Shown piece by piece: positions 60,055-64,000 of a stretch of 64,000 nt of DNA (the stretch's first letter is position 1; every line of letters starts with the position of its first letter). Below the pieces are notes generated by a model. The model worked only from the letters and a program-made list of their open reading frames with translations. It was not told the origin of the DNA and ran no database searches. Made by a program: the position numbers and the translations under genes. Source of the stretch: an uncultured Syntrophorhabdus sp. Its GTDB lineage: Bacteria; Desulfobacterota; BSN033; UBA1163. The stretch lies in assembly GCA_964477935.1 (NCBI GenBank), contig CAYZFX010000005.1:31384-95383 (forward strand). Reading direction: 5' to 3'.

Positions 60055-61133
60055 AAATGACGACCCCTTATCTGGGAACGCTTCACATGGCCTATGGCCC
60101 TGTGCTGAAAAGGGCGGGGGTCGAGATCATCTATCCGCCTAAACCGTCGAAGAAGACGCTCGATCTGGGGACAAAGTATGCCCCAGAATTTGCCTGCTTC
60201 CCATTTAAGGTCACCCTCGGAAGCATGATCGAGGCCCTGGAATTGGGAGCGGACACGATCTTTATGATCGGAGGATGGGGACCCTGCCGGTTCGGCTATT
60301 ATGATGTCATTCAGGAACAGATTTTGAGGGAGCTGGGATATTCCTTTAAGATGGGAAGCGCCAATAATCCAGATGCCCTCAGGGACATGATCGATCTGAT
60401 GCAGAGAATCTCTGGCTCACGGTCGAGATTACGTCTCTACCACATCTTCTTCTCCATTCTGATCCGGTTATCCCTTTTGGATTGGGTGCTGAAGACCTAT
60501 TTCCACACCAAACCATTTGAACTGGTCTCAGGGGAGGCAGATCGGATATTAGAGAAGGGCCTCACCTTGATGGAAAATAGCCCTTCCCTGCCCCAACTCT
60601 TCAAATCGGTCTCCCTCATCTCTTACTGGTTCCGGAGGATGAAGAAGAAAAAAGGGATCCACCCTCTCCGGGTGGCGATCGTCGGGGAGCTCTTCACGGT
60701 TCTGGACTCTTCGGCCAACATGGAGATCGATCGATGGTTGGCCCGGAGAGGAATTGAAGTGATCAAATCTGTCTGGTTGAGCGACTATGCGAATGACCGT
60801 TTCCGGTTTAAACCCTTCCGGAGAAACCAGTTTAAATTTTCATCCAAATATGCTCGACCCTATCTTCGGTTTCACGCGGGGGGAGAGAGTATCGAATCGG
60901 TAGGGAAGACGGTTTACTATGCGAAGACCGGTATCGATGGAGTGATCCATCTCTTCCCCTTCACCTGCATGCCCGAGTTGGTGGCCCAGACCATTTTAAC
61001 CAAGGTTCAGAGGGACCTTGATCTTCCCATCCTGACTTTGGTCATCGATGAGCATACGGCATTCGGAGGCATGGAGACCCGTCTGGAGGCTTTCGTTGAT
61101 CTTCTTGAGAGAAGGAGGAGGAAGCGTCTGTGA
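60051..61133 (+). CDS. DUF2229-like (acyl-CoA dehydratase activase-related) protein, subunit 2
   Basis: 360 aa, paralogous to the previous gene, with an ATGA start/stop overlap. C-terminal region: …IHLFPFTCMPELVAQ…. Confidence 0.6.
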   Translation: MKMTTPYLGTLHMAYGPVLKRAGVEIIYPPKPSKKTLDLGTKYAPEFACFPFKVTLGSMIEALELGADTIFMIGGWGPCRFGYYDVIQEQILRELGYSFKMGSANNPDALRDMIDLMQRISGSRSRLRLYHIFFSILIRLSLLDWVLKTYFHTKPFELVSGEADRILEKGLTLMENSPSLPQLFKSVSLISYWFRRMKKKKGIHPLRVAIVGELFTVLDSSANMEIDRWLARRGIEVIKSVWLSDYANDRFRFKPFRRNQFKFSSKYARPYLRFHAGGESIESVGKTVYYAKTGIDGVIHLFPFTCMPELVAQTILTKVQRDLDLPILTLVIDEHTAFGGMETRLEAFVDLLERRRRKRL

Positions 61134-61228
61134 CCGGTTTTACAAGGCTTTTTAAGGTCCCCCGGTCCCTTCAGATCTTTGGTCCCATGAACTTCGGATT
61201 CCGGAAAGCCTAAAAAAATAGGCGAGGA

Positions 61229-63232
61229 TCATCTGCCACGTTGGAGAGGCCTTCTCATTCTTTTTAACACAAAGGAGACCACCCATCCTAAAACGAGGAG
61301 GGTGAGGAAGAGGACACCGATAGCGATCCAGGTGACCGTTGTCCCCCGTGAGAGGAGGCGAACCGGGTTCCAGCTCGGTTCTTTGACGATCCTTCCGAGC
61401 CTCGCTTTGTACTTCTCAGGAATCTCTGGAATTCCATCCCCATCCCGGTCCGGAAAACTCCTCACATAGTCCATCAGGGCGATCCATTGCTTCAGCTCCT
61501 GGATGCCTGGCTTTTCTTTATCCGCGTCCACCCTCAAGGGCAGGAGGAGATCGAAAGGGTTGCCTCCGGGTTTGCCGGAGACGATCGGATGGCCATTTCG
61601 ATCTTTAGGGACGATCTCGAGGAGACGGTAGGTAAATCGGCCCACGAAATTGAGAAAGGTCGCATTGTAGAGGTTGGCAGCCACCCGGTAAAGGGTCTTG
61701 TTCGATTCTGAATAATCGAGAGGGAGATATCCTTCTTCCTCGCTTCCGATAGCCACCTCGGTGACCCGATCAAAGAGCATCCGGTTGGGGTTGTATTTGA
61801 ATTTTACCCCTGACACCTGAAGAAAGAACTTATTTCCTTTAATCGGACGGATGCTGGTCACCACCTCGAGGATCTTCTTGATCTCGTGTCCGTAGAGATA
61901 ACAGGTGATCAAGGGATATCCCATGCTCTCATCGCCTCTGCTGAAGCCCAGGGGAACGGTCCGAAAGAGGTCGCAAACAGCAACGTCTCCGGTCTTTCCT
62001 TTCAGAAGATCATCCCGGATGACGCCGTTGGATTCAAGGGCAACGACCACTTTAGTCGAGGGATCCTTTCGATCGTAATCGACCCGGTTGATGGCCCATC
62101 GGATCGAGTCGGCAATCAGATTGCCCAGATTCGATTCTTCCGGCAGGAGTTTCAGATCGAAATCTGTTTTCGCAATCCTTTGATAAAAAGAGAGCCCAAG
62201 GTTTTTGAGGATTGTCCGATCGATGATCCTGATATACGATTCGATCTTCTTCTGAAGGGTTTCATCCCCGGGGATCCGATCGTCCACATCGATTAGGGCA
62301 TAGTCCTTCAACTTGACCTGTCCGTTCTCATAGGTCAGATCGAGGATTCCCACATTTCTCCCGTGGGCATAGGCCTGGACGATGATGGTATGGTTGACCA
62401 CGAGAGGCTTCACCAATTTGGTGTGGGTATGTCCGCTCACAATGACATCGATCCCGGATACCTCCTTGGCCAGCAGTTCATCCTCTGACCGCGACTTTTT
62501 CTCGTTGAGTCCGCTGTGAGAGAGACAGATGACCAGATTCGCCCTCTCATTTTCTCTCAAATGTTTCACCATCTCCCGGGCGGTTTCGATCGGGTTTTTG
62601 GATTTGAGGGGCCGGGCAAAGGGCGAGACCTCGGCCGCATCTTTGCCCAGGATGCCGAAGAGGCCGATCCGGATTCCCTGAACCTCCTTCACCAGGAAAG
62701 GTTTGATCCATCCTTTTTTGAAAAGGTCTTCGAAGGCATCGTCCTCAGGGCTATCCGGATGGAAGATGGCGTTCGAGAAGACGATTTCCGGCAGTCCCCC
62801 TCTTTGTTGGGCAGTGGTAATGATTCTGGCCAGTCCGGAGGGCATGAGGTCGAATTCATGATTTCCCAGGGTGATCACGTCATAGCCCATCTCCTTCATG
62901 AGGCGAAGCTCCACGGCCTCCTCCCTTGAGATCAGGTGAAAGAGGGAGCCCATGAGAAAATCTCCCGCATCGAGCACCAGGGAAGGATTGGAACGCTTGG
63001 CTTTCTCCGATTGGATAAGGGAGGCAATCCTTGCCCATCCTCCCACGGTGGGATCGTCCCCCGTCTTTAAGGGTGAATATTCGAGATTGGACGGAAGGCC
63101 CAGAAGATGGGAATGCATATCGTTGGTGTGGATGAGGGTCAGGGTAAAGGATTTCTCTTGGCCATAGAGGAGAGGGGGGAATAGACACAGAGAGGTCAAC
63201 AGGATCGTAAGCGTCCGTTTAATCGACTTCAT
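61229..63232 (-). CDS. Bifunctional metallophosphatase / 5'-nucleotidase (UshA-like) with a signal peptide and a C-terminal TM anchor
   Basis: Start chosen at MKSIKRTLTILLTSLCLFPPLLYG. Calcineurin-like motifs (IHTNDMHSH, GNHEFD, SGHTH), a 5'-nucleotidase C-terminal domain, and a C-terminal hydrophobic helix (…WIAIGVLFLTLLVLGWVVSF…). The ORF extends to 63343. Confidence 0.8.
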   Translation of the reverse strand: MKSIKRTLTILLTSLCLFPPLLYGQEKSFTLTLIHTNDMHSHLLGLPSNLEYSPLKTGDDPTVGGWARIASLIQSEKAKRSNPSLVLDAGDFLMGSLFHLISREEAVELRLMKEMGYDVITLGNHEFDLMPSGLARIITTAQQRGGLPEIVFSNAIFHPDSPEDDAFEDLFKKGWIKPFLVKEVQGIRIGLFGILGKDAAEVSPFARPLKSKNPIETAREMVKHLRENERANLVICLSHSGLNEKKSRSEDELLAKEVSGIDVIVSGHTHTKLVKPLVVNHTIIVQAYAHGRNVGILDLTYENGQVKLKDYALIDVDDRIPGDETLQKKIESYIRIIDRTILKNLGLSFYQRIAKTDFDLKLLPEESNLGNLIADSIRWAINRVDYDRKDPSTKVVVALESNGVIRDDLLKGKTGDVAVCDLFRTVPLGFSRGDESMGYPLITCYLYGHEIKKILEVVTSIRPIKGNKFFLQVSGVKFKYNPNRMLFDRVTEVAIGSEEEGYLPLDYSESNKTLYRVAANLYNATFLNFVGRFTYRLLEIVPKDRNGHPIVSGKPGGNPFDLLLPLRVDADKEKPGIQELKQWIALMDYVRSFPDRDGDGIPEIPEKYKARLGRIVKEPSWNPVRLLSRGTTVTWIAIGVLFLTLLVLGWVVSFVLKRMRRPLQRGR

Positions 63233-63245
63233 CTTTGTTTCCCTT

Positions 63246-64000
63246 CTAATTAGATGGGCTATAAGATGGGGTGAGGACCTCGATGGTCCGGTCCCCGATC
63301 GTACATTCCAACGGGAGCCATCCCGCAGGTTCTCCATCGGCAAAGACTTCCCTCGCCTCCTTGGAAGTGATTCGGATGTTCCTACCGGTGGTGGTGAGGA
63401 TCTTTGGATGGTGGATGTGAGTCCCTTTGAAGACCTTTAAGAACTGCCTGAGCAACTCCAGCTTGGAGATCTCTTTGACGATGCAGAGGTCGAGCCTTCC
63501 GTCGTCCATGACCGCCTGGGGCACAATTTTCATCCCTCCACCGTAGAAGGGGGCATTGGCGACAGAGATCATCATCACCCGTTCTCTCCAGGTTTGACCA
63601 TCGATGGTGATTTCGACCTCGAACGGCTGGAAGCGACTCAACGCCCTCAGGAGGCAGAGGGTGTAACCCAAGGCGCCACTGAAATATCCCTGATGCTCAT
63701 TCGCTAACCGGTTGACCTCGCAATCAAAGCCGACGTAGGCAATCGCCACAAAGGGAGTGGTCTGATTGAGGCTCGGTAAATCGACCCGACGAATAGGAGG
63801 GATCGAAGGAAAACAACAGTTGCGCTTGAGGTCGGGAGGAAGGCCCATATTCCTTGCAAAGTCATTTCCCCGACCGCAGGGGAGGTAACCGAAAGGAAGT
63901 CCTGTTTTCACGATCGCGGGAAGGGCTTGGTGAACGGTCCCATCGCCCCCGGAGAGGAGTATCGCCTCGATCCCGTCCTCAGAGGCCTTTAGAATTCTGT
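63246..64000 (-). CDS. YegS/DAGK_cat-family lipid kinase; 5' end lies beyond the window
   Basis: Reverse translation of the window end gives …ILKASEDGIEAILLSGGDGTVHQALPAIVKTGLPFGYLPCGRGNDFARNMGLP…, including the GGDGT ATP-binding motif and the catalytic region. It ends …PSYSPSN*. Confidence 0.75.
   Translation of the reverse strand, partial: RILKASEDGIEAILLSGGDGTVHQALPAIVKTGLPFGYLPCGRGNDFARNMGLPPDLKRNCCFPSIPPIRRVDLPSLNQTTPFVAIAYVGFDCEVNRLANEHQGYFSGALGYTLCLLRALSRFQPFEVEITIDGQTWRERVMMISVANAPFYGGGMKIVPQAVMDDGRLDLCIVKEISKLELLRQFLKVFKGTHIHHPKILTTTGRNIRITSKEAREVFADGEPAGWLPLECTIGDRTIEVLTPSYSPSN

Overview
This is a 64-kb bacterial chromosomal segment with roughly mid-50s % GC and AGG/AGA/GAG/AAG-rich codon usage. 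The gene content (NfnAB, 2-oxoacid:ferredoxin oxidoreductase, archaeal-type inositol-1-phosphate synthase) suggests an anaerobic, possibly thermophilic organism. The first 27 kb is the replication-origin neighbourhood. rpmH-rnpA-yidD-yidC-jag-mnmE runs on the minus strand, divergent from a long co-directional plus-strand block: gyrA-dnaA-dnaN-gyrB-coaE-rho-rpmE-prfA-prmC-murA-hisD-hisB-hisH-kdsA-tal-(secreted hypothetical)-hisA-hisF-pgpA-pncC-paaI. recF is absent and gyrA unusually precedes dnaA. DnaA-box-like motifs in the AT-rich gyrA-dnaA spacer mark a candidate oriC. The remaining 37 kb is more accessory. It holds nfnAB; an RRM RNA-binding protein with rpsU; a tight minus-strand operon of RHH protein, HEAT-repeat protein, ParA/MinD-like ATPase with an N-terminal HTH, and two coiled-coil proteins; ino1; a putative aminopeptidase; a TAXI-TRAP transporter whose operon is interrupted by an oppositely oriented LarA/DUF362-like gene; a radical SAM/SPASM operon with a 70-aa Cys-containing protein and a heme-c DUF3365 protein; zupT; korAB; an AttEFGH-like ABC transporter with a frameshifted permease; DUF523/DUF1722; an orphan AmmeMemoRadiSam-type radical SAM enzyme with a Tat signal; LemA with DUF2207; a split acyl-CoA-dehydratase-activase/DUF2229 cluster; a 5'-nucleotidase; and a partial YegS-like lipid kinase. 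Two conserved repeat families lie in 5' regions. One is a ~190-nt element upstream of ino1 and the DUF362 gene, with a frame-conserved 15-16-codon uORF and a 13-bp long-range stem. The other is a ~90-nt GC-rich element upstream of pncC, nfnA and the RRM gene. No rRNA, tRNA, CRISPR array, transposase or integrase was recognised. Several decayed or frameshifted genes suggest either local gene decay or indel errors in the assembly.
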